From: Octopus sinensis
Taxonomy: Eukaryota
Reading direction: 5' to 3'
DNA length: 64,000 nt
NCBI RefSeq assembly: GCF_006345805.1
Contig: NW_021834787.1
Coordinates: 6,829-70,828, forward strand
The notes beneath the pieces were generated by a model. It was given only the letters and a program-made list of their open reading frames with translations. It made no database searches and was not told where the DNA came from. The position numbers and the translations under genes were made by a program. Shown in pieces: positions 1-12,844 of this stretch; position 1 is the first letter of the stretch; each line of letters begins with the position of its first letter.

Positions 1-41
1 ACATTTCTGCACCCATTCCAACTATATTTTACATAAATATT

Positions 42-555
42 GGGATCTTTTCGGTTTCAACGGTAGTTTTTTTTAATGATTTCCACGTAACTAAACACTT
101 TTAAACTTCGTATACTGGTAGAATGTGTTTATCAAACATTTTTTTCTCTTGGCTTTATTGAGAAAATTCTATAGTTTGTAAGATATTTGTTGCTATTTTT
201 TTCTTCAATTTCTGCAATTTCAACCAATCAATGACGTCTATTGAGGTGAAAACATTCTGAGCCGTATGAATATGTCCCTCGTTTAAGAAACAGATTGGGT
301 TTATTTACATTTGTGAAGAAAAAAACGATACCATTCCCCCACCCCTAACCCTAACCCTAACCCTAACTAACCCTAACTAACCCTAACCCTAACCCTAATC
401 CTAACTAACCCTAACTAACCCTAACTAACCCTAACCCTAACGCTAACCCTAAAACAGATTGAAATGCAATAGATCGATACTAGGGTCATAATTATTAGTG
501 ACAATTTCATATGACACCGTTAGAAAAAAAATGCCGTTCAAACCGAAAAGATCCC
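42..555. mobile_element. MITE (non-autonomous TIR DNA transposon) with 6-bp TSD and internal telomeric repeats, copy 1
   Basis: Left end GGGATCTTTTCGGTTTCAACGG; right end CCGTTCAAACCGAAAAGATCCC (22-bp TIR, 1 mismatch). AATATT on both flanks (36-41, 556-561). Homologous copy at 33532-33979. Confidence 0.85.
343..452 (+). repeat. Interstitial telomere-type repeat (CCCTAA)n with CCCTAACTAA variants, inside the MITE
   Basis: Directly visible CCCTAA units. Confidence 0.9.
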
Positions 556-821
556 AATATTGTTATATCGCAATACTACACAGTGGCTGTGTGAGCAACG
601 AAATCCTCGTCGCCACTGTTATATCGCACGTTCGAATGCCTTCTACTCAACTCTGCTCTCCTACTACTCTGACGACGTCTAGACTTCTCCCTCTATATCT
701 ATTGGGCTAGTCTACTTCATCGTCAGGGGGCGTCCACACAACAAAAAATTGAGCTGGATTCACGGCATGGATTACGTTACACGTTAATATATTCATTGAA
801 CTTGAAAAGCAACGGGAATTA

Positions 822-1047
822 TGCCGGGATGTTGGAAAGTTCCTGGCTTTGGGTAAAAGAAAATACAGCAGGATCAGTAAATTATGGTTTTATTCAACAC
901 ATTTCCATCCCAGATTGATGCACGCATTTTTGCGGTCCTTCGGTTTTTCTAAGCTCTGTGAAAGAACTCGGAGGGTTGGGCCTCCAACCAGGATTTCGCG
1001 ACACCCTTAATGTCAGGAACTTTTTCAGCATCCCTCAGCATCCCTCG
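822..1047. mobile_element. Degenerate mariner-derived MITE
   Basis: TA-flanked; left ...GGGATGTTGGAAAGTTCCTGGC, right GTCAGGAACTTTTTCAGCATCCCTC...CCCTCG|TA (imperfect TIRs with a mariner-type CGAGGG end). Confidence 0.55.
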
Positions 1048-1100
1048 TATGTGTGCGTACGCATGTTTGTATGTATTTATGTATGCGTGTTTCTATGTAT

Positions 1101-1286
1101 TATTCTTTTATTCTTTTATTTCTTTGAGTCATTTGACTGGGGCCATGCTGGAGCACCGCCTTTAGTCGAGCAAATCGATCCCAGGACTTATTCTTTGTAA
1201 GCCTAGTACTTATTCTATCTTTCTCTCTTGCCGAACCGAAAAGTTACAGGGACGTAAACACACCAGCATCGGTTGTCAGATACACA

Positions 1287-1325
<39 letters not shown>

Positions 1326-1505
1326 ACACACACACATATACGACAGTCTTCTTTAAGCTTCCGTTTACCAAATCCACTCACAAGGCTTTGGTCGGTCCGA
1401 GACTATAGTAGAAGACATTTGCCCAAGGTGCCGGGCAGTGGGACTGAACCTGGAACCATGTGGTTGGTAAGCAAGCTACTTACTACGCAGCCACTCCTGC
1501 GCCTA
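1101..1505 (-). mobile_element. tRNA-derived SINE family A, full length
   Basis: Minus-strand head TAGGCGCAGGAGTGGCTG...GGTTCAGTCCCAC (A/B boxes), internal (CA)n, conserved tail ...GCTCCAGCATGGCC...; many copies in the window. Confidence 0.85.
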
Positions 1506-1766
1506 TGTACGTATGTATGTAAGCATATATGTATGAATGTGTGCATACATGTACGCATGTATATATGTATGTATGTTTTCTTTTCCTCTTTTTAATTTAG
1601 AGTTACTTTTGAATGTCCACTTGTTTGGTAGCGAGGATCGGAAGAAAAGCATCTTGTTGTTGATCATCACCCTTTAAATCTTGCAGATTTTATATCTTGC
1701 AAATATCTGGTTGCTCCAATATCTATATACGTACTTACACACACACACACATATATATATGCATGC

Positions 1767-2440
1767 TTGTATGTATGTATGTATGTATGTATGTATGTAT
1801 GTATGTATGTATGTATGTATGTATGTATGTATGTATGTATGTGTGTGTGTGTGTGTGTATGTATGTGTGTATGTACGTACGTATGTATGTATGTATGTAT
1901 GTATGTATGTATGTATGAATATATGCATGTATGTTTGTACGTATGTACGTATGCATGTATGTATGTATATATGTATGTATGTATGTATGTACGTATGCAT
2001 GTATGTATGTATGTATGTATGTATGTATGCATGTATGTATGTATGTATGTATGTATGTATGCATGTATGTATGTATATATGTATGTATGCATGCATGCAT
2101 GTATGCATGTATGTATGCATGTATGTATGTATGCAGGTATGCATGTGTGTATGTATATATGTATGTATGCATGCATGCATGTATGTATGTATGCATGTAT
2201 GTATGCATGTATGTATGTATATATGTATGTATGTATATATGTATGCATGTATATATGTATGTATGTATGTATGCATGTATATATGTATGTATATATGTAT
2301 GTATATATGTATGTATATATGTATGTATATATGTATGTATATATATATGTATATTATGTATATATGTATGTATGTATGTATGTATATATGTATGTATATA
2401 TATATATATGTATATTATGTATGTATGTATGTATGTATGT
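1767..2440. repeat. (TATG)n/(TA)n compound microsatellite
   Basis: Direct; source of the MYVC/HTYI ORFs. Confidence 0.95.
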
Positions 2441-2649
2441 AACAAGAACAGCGCCAACAAAAATAATAACAACAACAGCAGCAGCAGCAACAACAACAGC
2501 AGTTCACAAATGTGCTCAGCTTTCAGCTTTGTGGTTTTTACTTTTTCTATGGACTTGAAATTCAAGTGGAGGAAAAACGAGGGAAAAAATTCCTTATATT
2601 CCGTAACTAAACCTAAACACAGTATTGTGTTTGTGTGCAATCTGTGTAT

Positions 2650-3145
2650 GCATATGTGTGTGTGCGCGCGCGCGTGTGCGCTCCTGCGCGCGCGCGTGTG
2701 TGTGTGTGTGTGCGTTTGTGTGTTTGTGTTTGTGTGTTTGTGTGTGAGCATCTGTGCATGCCTGTGTGTGTGTGTTCCTCTGTGTGTATGTGTGCTTGTG
2801 TGTTAGTGTGTCTGTGTGCGTGTGTGTGTGTGTGCCTCTGTGTGTCTGTGTGTGCATGTATGTGTGTACCTCTGTGTGTATGTGTGCTTGTGTGTCTGTG
2901 TGCGTGTGTCTGTGTGCGTGTGTCCGTGTGGCTCTGTATGTATGTGTGTGTGTGTTCATGTGTGTGTGTTTGTGTGTGTGTCTGTGTATGCTTGTGTGCA
3001 TGTATGTGTGTGCCTCTGTGTGTATGTGTGCTTGTGTGTTTGTGTGCGTGTGTGTGTGCCTCTGTGTGTGTGTGTGTGTGTTCATGTGTGTGTGTTTGTG
3101 CGTGCTTGTGTGCCTATGTGTGTGTATGTGTGTGTGTGTGTGTAG
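2650..3145. repeat. Cryptic (TG)n microsatellite
   Basis: Direct. Confidence 0.9.
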
Positions 3146-3629
3146 GCACTAACACACTCGAAAGCTTACCCCTTAGAAAGTCTCTAGAGGGAGGGTTTAT
3201 CCAAGATGTCCCCCAAGGATTACCATTGAAATCCGGACATTTTAATAACTTCTTCGATTACTCAAGTAGAAGGAGTGAGAGGGATTAGGGTAGAAGGAGA
3301 CGTGGAAAGGGTGGAGGTAAAATAAGAGAGAAAAGGAAAGGAAAGGAAATGAAAGAACAAAAAGGACAAAGAAAAAAGTAAAAAAGAAAAAAAAATTGCT
3401 TACGTTGTGGAAAATATTCTCCCAAATTTCAGTGAAATGTCGTCCATCAGTAAATAAAAATTGTCAAGCCCACCCGTTTAATTCCGCCACACATATGAAA
3501 GTACTTATTGTTCGTGCACTTTTCTTCATCCACACACATATACAAACACACATACACATTAAATACAATCGCATACACGCATTTATACGGTTTACTACCC
3601 CGAGGGATAAAAGCAGTCAGAATCGTTAG

Positions 3630-4460
3630 TAAGTGAGACAAACTGCTTAGTGGCATTTTTTCCGGCTCTTTACGTTCTGAGTTAAATTTCAACAGAGGTT
3701 TACTTTGTCTTTCATCCTTTCGGAGCCGATAAAAACAAAAAATTAAGTACCAGTTGAATACTGGGGTTGATGCAAATTAACTAGCCTCCTCTCACAAAAT
3801 TTCAGGACTTTTGTCTGTAGAAGTAGTAATTACTAAGGCAGAGAACCGGTAGAATCGTTAGCACACCGGAAAAATTGCTTAGCGGTATTTCATCCAGGCG
3901 GCGAGCTGGCAGAAACGTTAGCACGCCGGGCGAAATGCGTAGCTGTATTTCGTCTGCCGCTACATTCTGAGTTCAAATTCCGCAGAGGTCGACTTTGCCT
4001 TTCATCCTTTCGGGGTCGATAAATTAAGTACCAGTTACGCACTGGGGTCGATATAATCGACTTAATCCGTTTGTCTGTCTTCGCTTGTCCTCTCTGTGTT
4101 TAGTCCCTTGTGGGTAGTAAAGAAATAGGTATTTCATCCGTCTTTACGTTCTGAGTTCAAATTCTGCCGAGGTCAACTTTGCCTTTCATCGTTTCGGGGG
4201 TTGATAATAGTGAAGTACTAGTTGCCTACTATCGACTAGCTCCATCCCTGAACTTTTTGTTTGGAACAGATAGGATTATCAAGACAGCGAGCTAACAGAC
4301 TCGTTAGCGCGCCGGACAAAATGCTTAGCGGCATTTCGTCCGTCTTTACGTTTTGAATTTAAATTCCGCCGAGATCAGTTTGCCAAGAGCTGCCAAATAT
4401 TGGGCTCGATGTAATCGACTAGCCCCCGTTCCCTAAATTTCCAGGCCTTGTGCCTATAGT
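3630..4460 (+). mobile_element. Cluster of about five tRNA-derived SINE family B copies and fragments
   Basis: Repeated GAGTTCAAATTCCGCCGAGGTCGACTTTGCCTTTCATCCTTTCGGGGTCGAT core; a full copy at ~3897-4128 ends ...CCCTTGTGGGTAGTAAAGAAATA. Confidence 0.85.
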
Positions 4461-4633
4461 ATCGGCTGCCCTTGGGATGACCCCCACCATCCAGTTTGGG
4501 GATTTTATAGTGTAATTTTATTGATGATTGTAATTGTTAGTTGTTAATTGCTACACGATTTTGTACTGCTTGTCTCTTTTGTTGTATTGTCTCTATATGA
4601 TTTTTTCGGGCCTTGTGGCCAATAAAGAAAACA

Positions 4634-4659
4634 TTATTATTATTATTATTATTTTTATA

Positions 4660-4708
<49 letters not shown>

Positions 4709-4774
4709 TATTATTATTATATTATATTATTATTATTATTATCATTATCGTTATTATTATTATTATTATTATTA

Positions 4775-4811
<37 letters not shown>

Positions 4812-4845
4812 CTATTACTATTATTATTATTATTATTATTATTAT
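4634..4845. repeat. (TAA)n/(ATT)n microsatellite
   Basis: Direct; abuts the 3' end of an R4/Dong fragment. Confidence 0.95.
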
Positions 4846-5101
4846 CTTTATAGCGTGCTTTCACTTCACTACCGAGCGCAGCTCTGTGTGCCTTGGGTAT
4901 GTGCTGTGATTTGTTGTGATGCTCTGATGGTTATGGTATGGAAAGTGTTCTGCGTAGGATGTGTGCAGTGCCTAGTAGTGCAATTTTCTGTATGTTATAT
5001 GTGTGTAAGTCCTGGTGTTTTTGTTATGTCTTACAAACACATATAACATACAGAAAATTGCACTACTAGGCACTGAACACATCCTACGCAGAACACTTTC
5101 C
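4846..5101 (-). mobile_element. 5'-truncated R4/Dong-clade 3' fragment with fold-back 5' inversion
   Basis: Encodes ...IQKIALLGTAHILRRTLS, homologous to the C-terminus QKIVLTGTSHVLRRALSM at 5401. Inverted repeat 4940-5005 vs 5036-5101. Flanked by (TAA)n on both sides. Confidence 0.75.
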
Positions 5102-5160
<59 letters not shown>

Positions 5161-5165
5161 TTTAA

Positions 5166-5224
<59 letters not shown>

Positions 5225-5225
<1 letters not shown>

Positions 5226-8200
5226 ATTTTTTTTCTTCTTTCAAATTTGCTTCCATTTCTTGCCGAGTGTCTTCCCGACTCCTAGGGCAAAGAAACTCAT
5301 AGTATACATTGGTAGGCCATTAAACCAAACTCAGTAGTTCGTTCATTTAAAAAAATTTTTTTTTTTAAGTTAAATTAAAATACATGAGCAGCAACAGTTC
5401 TCACATCGACAATGCTCTTCTCAATACGTGTGATGTACCAGTTAAGACAATCTTTTGCACTTCTTGCAGGGATGGTAAGCCAGGGATCATTCTCATATAA
5501 TTTTCGGTTCCCTTCGTGATCATTCCTAGTGCTCCTACGATCACTGGTATTGTAACCGCCTTGAGATGCCACATTTTCTCAATTTCAATGAGTAGGTCTT
5601 TATATTTTCTGAGCTTGTCAAACTCTTTCGCTGAGATATTATGATCACAGGGGATGCTCATGTCGATCAATAAGCAAACTTTATTGTTTTGGTCTTTCAC
5701 AACAATATCTGGTTTATTGGCCTTGATGGTTCGGTCTGTATGTACTGGAAAGTCCCACAGAATGGTTACATTTTCTCCTTCAGTTACAGCCTCAGGGTGG
5801 TGATTATACCACTTGTCGGCAGTTTTGATATTGTAATGCCGACTTATTAGCCAGTGGAGATATTGGCCAACTCTGTCATGTCTTAATTTATACTCCACTG
5901 GTGCTAAGACTTTACATCCAGAGATTAGGTGGTCCACTGTTTCAATCATGTCGTTGCAGAATCAGCATTTTGGGTCTGCTCCATTTTTCATCACATTGGC
6001 CTGGTAGTTCCGGGTTAATAGGCTTTGATCTTGAGCAGCCAGGATGAAACCTTCGCTCTCTGCTTTTAGCCCTGAGCTCCGTAGCCACTGATGGGTTTGC
6101 TTCTGGTCAACATCAGCTTGTTTGCTGCGGGTCACATATTTGCCGTGCAGAGGTTTCTCCTCCCACCTATCAGCCAATGCTCGTGCGCTTTCTTCATTGC
6201 CATCATTTTCACCTTCTTTGCAACAATAGTTGCCGTACTTCCCTCGGGTTGTTCAGTTTGGGTATCCTGCACGAGATCAATAGCAAATTTTTTGCTTTCC
6301 TTTATGATAGAATGAAGCTTCTTTCGTCTCTCGTGATTTTCCACGAGCTTTAGCATCCAGTCATTCGATATTTCGAGATATTTGGCCAGTCCAATTGTGG
6401 TTGTTTTGTAAGCTAGTTCAAATTGGATCAGGCCTCGACCTCCTTGGGCTCTGGAAGGTAAAGGCGATCTACGTCTGCCTTTGGGTGGTGCATCCTATTA
6501 CAACTCAGCAGCTTGCGTATTTTTCTATCTATATTCTTTACTTCACTCATATTCCAGTTCAACACATTGTAGCTATAAGTAACAACTGGAACTGCTAAGG
6601 AATTTATAGCTAACACCTTGTTATGTGCATTTAGTTCAGATTTCAGGACTGCACGAACTCTCCTATAACATTCCTTCCTGATTTTCTCTTTCATGCTTGC
6701 ATGCTGAATACCAGAGCCTTCATTTATCCCTAAATATTTGTATGTTTGTTCTTGCTCAAGCTCTCTTATGACTGTGTCAACATCTAACACGACTGAATTT
6801 GTGGTCTTCACTTTCCTTTCTGGAAAGTGGCCTTGGCACACTTCTCAAGTCCAAACTCCATCCCGATGTCATCGCTGAATGCTTTCACGGTGCGCAATAG
6901 GCCTTCAAGTTCATTATTGTCTTTACCATAAAGTTTTAAGTCATCCATATAAAATAGATGGCTTATTTTTTTATTGGCAATTTTATACCCATACCCTGTT
7001 CTGTTTAATTCACTTGTAAGGGGTATTAGGGCTATGCAGAATATTAAAGGTGAAAGTGAGTCACCTTGAAAAATTCCACAGTTGATGTTTATATTTTCTG
7101 AGGCAAGTAGTCCATTAGAGTGGTATAATTGGAGATTCGTATTCCACAACGACATTTGTGCTTCAGGAAGTTTGAAATCACAGGGGAAATTTTGAAGATG
7201 TCCAGCGATCTCAAGATCCATGGATGCGGTATACTGTCGAAGGCCTTTTTGTAGTCAATCCATGCGGTGCTGAGATTTCTGCGCTTGTTGTGACAGTTCT
7301 CAAGGATCATACGATTGATTAGCAGTTGATCTTGCATCCGTAAGAGCCTCGGCGGCATCCTTTTTGTTCAATGGGAAAATATCGTTCTTCTCCATGAATG
7401 CATATGTTTTCTCCGCCAGGATAGATGTTAGGATTTTATACGTGTGGGATAGACAGGTTATAGGCCGATAGTTTTTTGGAAGGTTGGTTTCGTTATTCTT
7501 TGGGAGTAGGTAAGTAATGCCACTTGCTAACCATTCAGGTGTTTTCTTTGGGTCTCTCATAATTCCATTGAGCAGCTGAACTAGCTTACCGTGTGCGCAT
7601 GGGAGCGATGCGAGCCAGAAATTCGGCACCCTATCTTTACCGGGGGATTTCCAATTATGGGCCTTCGTGAGTGCCTTTCTTAGGTCTGCTATTGTGATGT
7701 CTTCCCATGCTTGTTGTTGTAAATTTGTATAATCCAGTCTGCATCTATGGTGTACGTTTTCTTGTCACTCCAAATCCTTTTCCAAAAGTTTTGAATTTCT
7801 TCCATGGGAGGGTGGTCTTTAACGGTTACTTTCTCCTTCCCTATTTCTCTAGAATTTTTTGGCATTGGATGTGAACAGCTTATTTTGCTTGTAAAACTTG
7901 TTTCTCTTCTCAAATCTTCGTATTCTTTGGGCTTTTGCTTGGACTTTTTGTTTCAGCGTTTCTTTTATTGATATCAGTTCTTCTCTTGGTGAGGATCCAA
8001 ATTTTCTCTTCATCTTTCTTCCTGTTCTGGATCTTACATCATTTCCACATATTAGTTCATTTAATATTGATATTTCCCCTCTCATAAATTCAATCTCTTT
8101 TTCAATTTTACTTCTCCAGGTTTGATTTCTTCCCAGGTTTTGTTTTCTTTGTTTTTTTCGGGGGAATACAGCTGGTTTCAATTGCCCTAGCAGAAGCGTA

Positions 8201-9160
8201 AATAATTTCATTTAACTCAGTAAAATCAGGTTTTAATTCTCGTATTATTTCATTTGTTACATAGTTGCCAATTTGGATTTGTTTTTTATTTTGGTTTGTA
8301 TTTGAGAGTTTATGAAGTGGTTCTCTATCATTCATACTTGTATGTCTTACAACTTCAAGCGTATTCAGGATTTTCTCGCCTCATTTCTGCCATAGACTCT
8401 CTGTGTTCTTCAGCAAATGCGAGATCTTCAGTTACTGTTGTTTTTTCGTTTTCCTGGCTATCTTTAACAGGTACAATAGAATTTCTTGTATCTTCAGGCC
8501 TTTGCGTACTTTGGTCAGATGGCAGTCTTTCAATTAAGCCTCGTGGCGGGCTATACTGTTCATCTGATTCTTCATTTCCTTTGTGTCTTATATTTATGTC
8601 ATTTTCCGTTGCGTGCTTGATCGCGCTTATTTCACTGTCTGTGAGTCTGTTATTTCTAAGGATATCCCTCCTCACATTAGCTAATTTGTTCTCGTCCAAA
8701 TAGGGCCTACTGTCTTGATTCCGTGTTCTCCATATACTGTAAGAGTTTGCGGCGTGTCTCTCTTGAGATGCATAGTAATAAGCGTATATTACTTCTTTAT
8801 ACTCTTCTCGGGTCCATTTGTTCCGCTTACATTTTTCTTTCTGTGGTGGTTGTGGTGGTGAACTTGGAGGGCGGCTCGAGTTGGGAGATTTCCCGTTCAA
8901 GTGACCATCCATGCCCGTATTCGGAGAAGAGTTTGTGCCAGTTGATGACTTTTCGATCCCAGGCTGGCTCTTCCCTGGGGGACGCGCTTCCAGATTAACC
9001 ATAGGACAAGCGATTTGGTATACTGATTTAGTTTTCCTTTTAGTTTCCAAAAACATTTTGGTGCTGCGATAATGTTATCATTTTTTAGCTTTGATTGGCT
9101 CGTGGGGAGACGGCCATCATTGCCGTTACAATTATAATCGTACCATTATAGCAGCCGTAG
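5225..9160 (-). mobile_element. Near full-length R4/Dong-clade non-LTR retrotransposon (RT + CCHC + restriction-like endonuclease)
   Basis: Overlapping ORF pieces 9056 to 5401 with RT motifs (WIDYKKAFDS, GIFQGDSLSPL, YMDDLKLY), C*FC...HLISGC knuckle, and RHD / KPDIV...LLIDMSIP RLE motifs. 3'UTR followed by (TAA)n. Confidence 0.92.
5401..9056 (-). pseudogene. Disrupted single ORF of the R4/Dong element
   Basis: Eleven ORF segments in changing frames. In-frame TGA at 5962-5964 inside the zinc knuckle (PKC*FCND, likely CGA>TGA). Confidence 0.85.
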
Positions 9161-10002
9161 TCGGCTTATTATTGTTATTATCATCACCATTACCATCACT
9201 ATCATCATTATCACCACCATTACCATCATCATTATCATCATCACCATCACCATCACCACCATCATCATCAATGATATAGTTTTATGTGTAGTCACAGCAG
9301 TATCTTATTATTGTTATTTTTGTTTTTTTATCATTATCACCATCACAGTAGTGTCTGTCTGTCTCGTTGGCTAGCTTGGTGGTTGGCTGGCTGACTGTCT
9401 TCAACACCAGAGTTCTTGCCTGTCAAATAATACTTTCTTTGTGTTGGTTGAACTCTTTGAGTGTGTGTGTGTGTAGATAGATAGATAGATTATCAGCACT
9501 ATTACTATCATTATTATCATCATCACCATCATCACCATCAGTGATTTTTTTTTTGTATATTTCGTGCAAGGTAATATTGTGGAGGTTGAAGTTGACTCCT
9601 CTAGAGATGTTTGTATGTCCAGTTAGAAGAACATGTGTGTTTTTGCAATAAAGAGTATATGTTTACATTTATATTTGAATATTCTGGGAGGAAGCAAAGA
9701 AAAGTCAGATTTTCATAGAAAGTTTTAGGGTTTTGCAAGTCCACAAAAAGAAAAGCGGGATGTTTTTAGAGAGAAGAAAAAAAAAAGGGTGCTTACAGAG
9801 GCAGTTGTGGGTATTAAAGTTTTTAAAGCCGATCGGATGTATGTTTGAAAGCTGCAGATATGTAAATTTGTAAATTTCTTAACCCACTTTGAAGAGAATT
9901 TCAAATACTCACGAGGTATTGTAAATGTTCCAGTCTTTGAGAGTTATTTTTCCCCGTTGCTAAACTGGCCCATATTAGTGTTTCTATGGCTTTCAGCCAC
10001 AT

Positions 10003-10565
<563 letters not shown>

Positions 10566-10694
10566 CTTCATACTGATAGAAACATTACCTCACCCAACAA
10601 AATGCTTAGCTGCATTTCTTCTGGATCTCTACGATCTGAGTTCAAATATCATTGAGGTGGTGGTGGTGGTGGTGGTAGTAGTAGTAGTAGTAAA

Positions 10695-11760
10695 TGACCT
10701 CAAGTCGCTAAACATAGGTGTGGTAGCCAAAAACGAAACCAGATACTCTACAACGCACGCATTAACGCCCAATTTTTTTATGGTTACGAGACGTATTCAT
10801 CGCCAATTTTTTTCAGGATGTGGCGATGATGTGGTGAAGATGTAGCGGCGTTGGTTCGGAAAAGATTGGATTTACCGTTTCGAATAATCTTCCTGGATCT
10901 GAGCTGGAAACCTGTAGGCGAGATGCGAACGATAGATAGAGCTTCCAGAGAAGTGGTTGTATATGCCCCTACCGGGACAATGGGACCCGATTTATGCGTC
11001 TAAAAACATTCCTGAGAACTTTCCACAATTCAATACTAGTAGGGGGTTGGAATTGTATTTTAGGCGCGCGATGGGGTATTGTGGATTAACCCACAGGACA
11101 AAGGGATGTAAAAAGCATTAAAAAACCTGCTTATATTTTAAACCAGAAAATCCAGAAAACCAGAAGATCCAGAAATCCGGGACAGCTCCAGCCCCAAACT
11201 TGCCGGTTAATTGGTCGGATATTATATTAATTTCACTAAACATTCTTTCCTCCCTAACAGTTGTTGCTGTGTTTACGCCCCTGTAACTTAGCGGTTCGGC
11301 AAAAGGGTCCGATACAATAGTACCAGGTTTAAAAATTTCCAACTATCTGATAAGTTCCGATTGGGTTTCTCGAAAGTGATAGATTGGACATGAAGCAACC
11401 GAAGAGGGCCAACAAGATCAGGTCTGGAGAGAATGTTAGGTTGGTTAGCGGACAGAAATAGTATTGGTTTCCTACAATTTAAGCCAGTTGGCTACATAGA
11501 TCAAAGTTTGAGATCATTATGGTCAAGTTAGGTAGGACGCATAGACGGAGACCTGGAAGCTAAATGAGTTTTTCGCAGCACTCAAGGACTACATCGACCA
11601 GATTAGCAAGTTAGTGAAGTTGTAGTTGATGAAGCTCAGTCATCAACAACCGGTTATTAAGATTGAGGAAATATGAATCAATGGTGTTTAGTAAAGAGCT
11701 ACTAATAAAGAGACATCGAATTCAGAGGGAGCCAGCTAACAAGAAGCGATTAGAAAATGG
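10695..11760 (+). mobile_element. Heavily decayed Tx1/L1 APE-endonuclease remnant, interrupted at ~11133-11337
   Basis: NDLKSLNIGVVAKNETR and AALVRKRLDLPFRIIFLDL align by eye to NDIKSLNVDIVAISETR and AVLFRKSLNVKVRAIFLDP of the ORF2 at 48241. Confidence 0.55.
11133..11337 (+). repeat. ~205-bp composite repeat (unique 5' part + SINE-type tail), copy 1
   Basis: Near-identical to 12845-13045. Confidence 0.85.
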
Positions 11761-11910
11761 CCGCCGAGGTCGACTTTGCCTTTCATCCTTTCGAGGTCGA
11801 TAAATTAAGTACCAGTTACGCACTGGAGTCGATGTAATCGACTTAATCCATTTGTCTGTCCTTGTTTGTTCCCTCTGTGTTTAGCCCCTTGTGGGTAGTA
11901 AAGAAATAGA
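11758..11910 (+). mobile_element. SINE-B 3' half
   Basis: CCGAGGTCGACTTTGCC...CCCTTGTGGGTAGTAAAGAAATA. Confidence 0.85.
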
Positions 11911-12094
11911 TATACCATTACTTTAACATGAAATGCGAAAGATGCGTAATTAGAGCCAAAACACGTCCACAAAACAAGAAGGAAAGAAATTGTTTAAGGG
12001 ATTCGGATGGAAATCTAATGTGGCAACACAGAAAAAAGGTCCAGGAACTGATGGTACTCCAGCTGAGGATATTAACCATGGTGGGGATATGGTA

Positions 12095-12356
12095 GGAGAG
12101 TCCAGTTTGTGAAAGGTAGAAGAGTCCAGTTTGTTGGACATTGTTGTAGAGCTGAAAACGAGACAATTTCTACTCTTCTCCTCTGGAAGCCATCTACTCG
12201 CGATACCAGAAGGCGCACACTCTCCTACCCTGATGTAATCTCCAGGGATACAGGCATCCAACAACAGGACCTCCGCAATGCTATGATGGACCATGAAGTC
12301 TGGCGTAACATGGTAAATTCCATTGTCTCGACAACAGTCGAACAATGATGATGATG
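12095..12356 (+). mobile_element. RTE-clade LINE 3' end fragment
   Basis: KGRRVQFVGHCCRAENE...LSYPDVISRDTG...LRNAMMDHEVWRNMV, then stop and a (TGA)n tail, as in RTE C-termini. Confidence 0.7.
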
Positions 12357-12844
12357 GGGATATAGTGGTTGATCTTATGACCGCACAAATTATTAACATA
12401 CGGAATGGTTCACTAATTCCACAGGCTTGGAAAAATGCTATACAGTAGCGGACCTCTTACTCAGATTCCAGAAATACAAGAATACTATACAATACCATAC
12501 AATATACTGAACCCCGCATTGAGTAAACATACCCTAGCTTTGAAGTTGGTTAATTTGCATACAGGGCGTCAAAAAGTCTTCTTCTTTAATTTTTTAAAGT
12601 GGATTAATAAAGATTAAACATATTCTGCTTCAGAATTGTATTACTTTGTAACTATATCTCTTAAATAAAATCATGTTCTTTAATTTTCTTCATTTAATTT
12701 TCATCCTATAAATATAAACGTTACGATATATTTTAAGAATTTTAAGTGGATTAATAATTAACAGACAGACACTGCTTTAGAAGTCCATTAATTTGAATTT
12801 GTTAAAAACTGTTCAGTTCTTTACTTTTCATACTTTATTTTATG

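Noticed and set aside
343-452. Possible chromosome end or true telomere
   Set aside because: The tract is short, internal to a TIR element, and repeated in a second copy at 33.8 kb.
1667-3288. Long ORFs of MYVC/HTYI/CVCV repeats (also 13.2-14, 21.7-23.4, 32.5-33.2, 54.9-55.6, 58.4-59.1 kb)
   Set aside because: Stop-free translations of (TATG)n, (CA)n, (TA)n and (TATC)n microsatellites in several frames and on both strands; no coding signal.
3145-3288. Unique peptide at the end of ORF 2635-3288, and an adenylate-kinase-like SLGDIL on the minus strand
   Set aside because: No consistent splice sites, and an in-frame stop precedes the motif.
8900-9160. HDV-like ribozyme at the R4/Dong 5' end
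   Set aside because: Known for some R2/R4/RTE elements, but I could not assemble P1, P1.1, P2 and P3 by eye. A covariance search would be needed.
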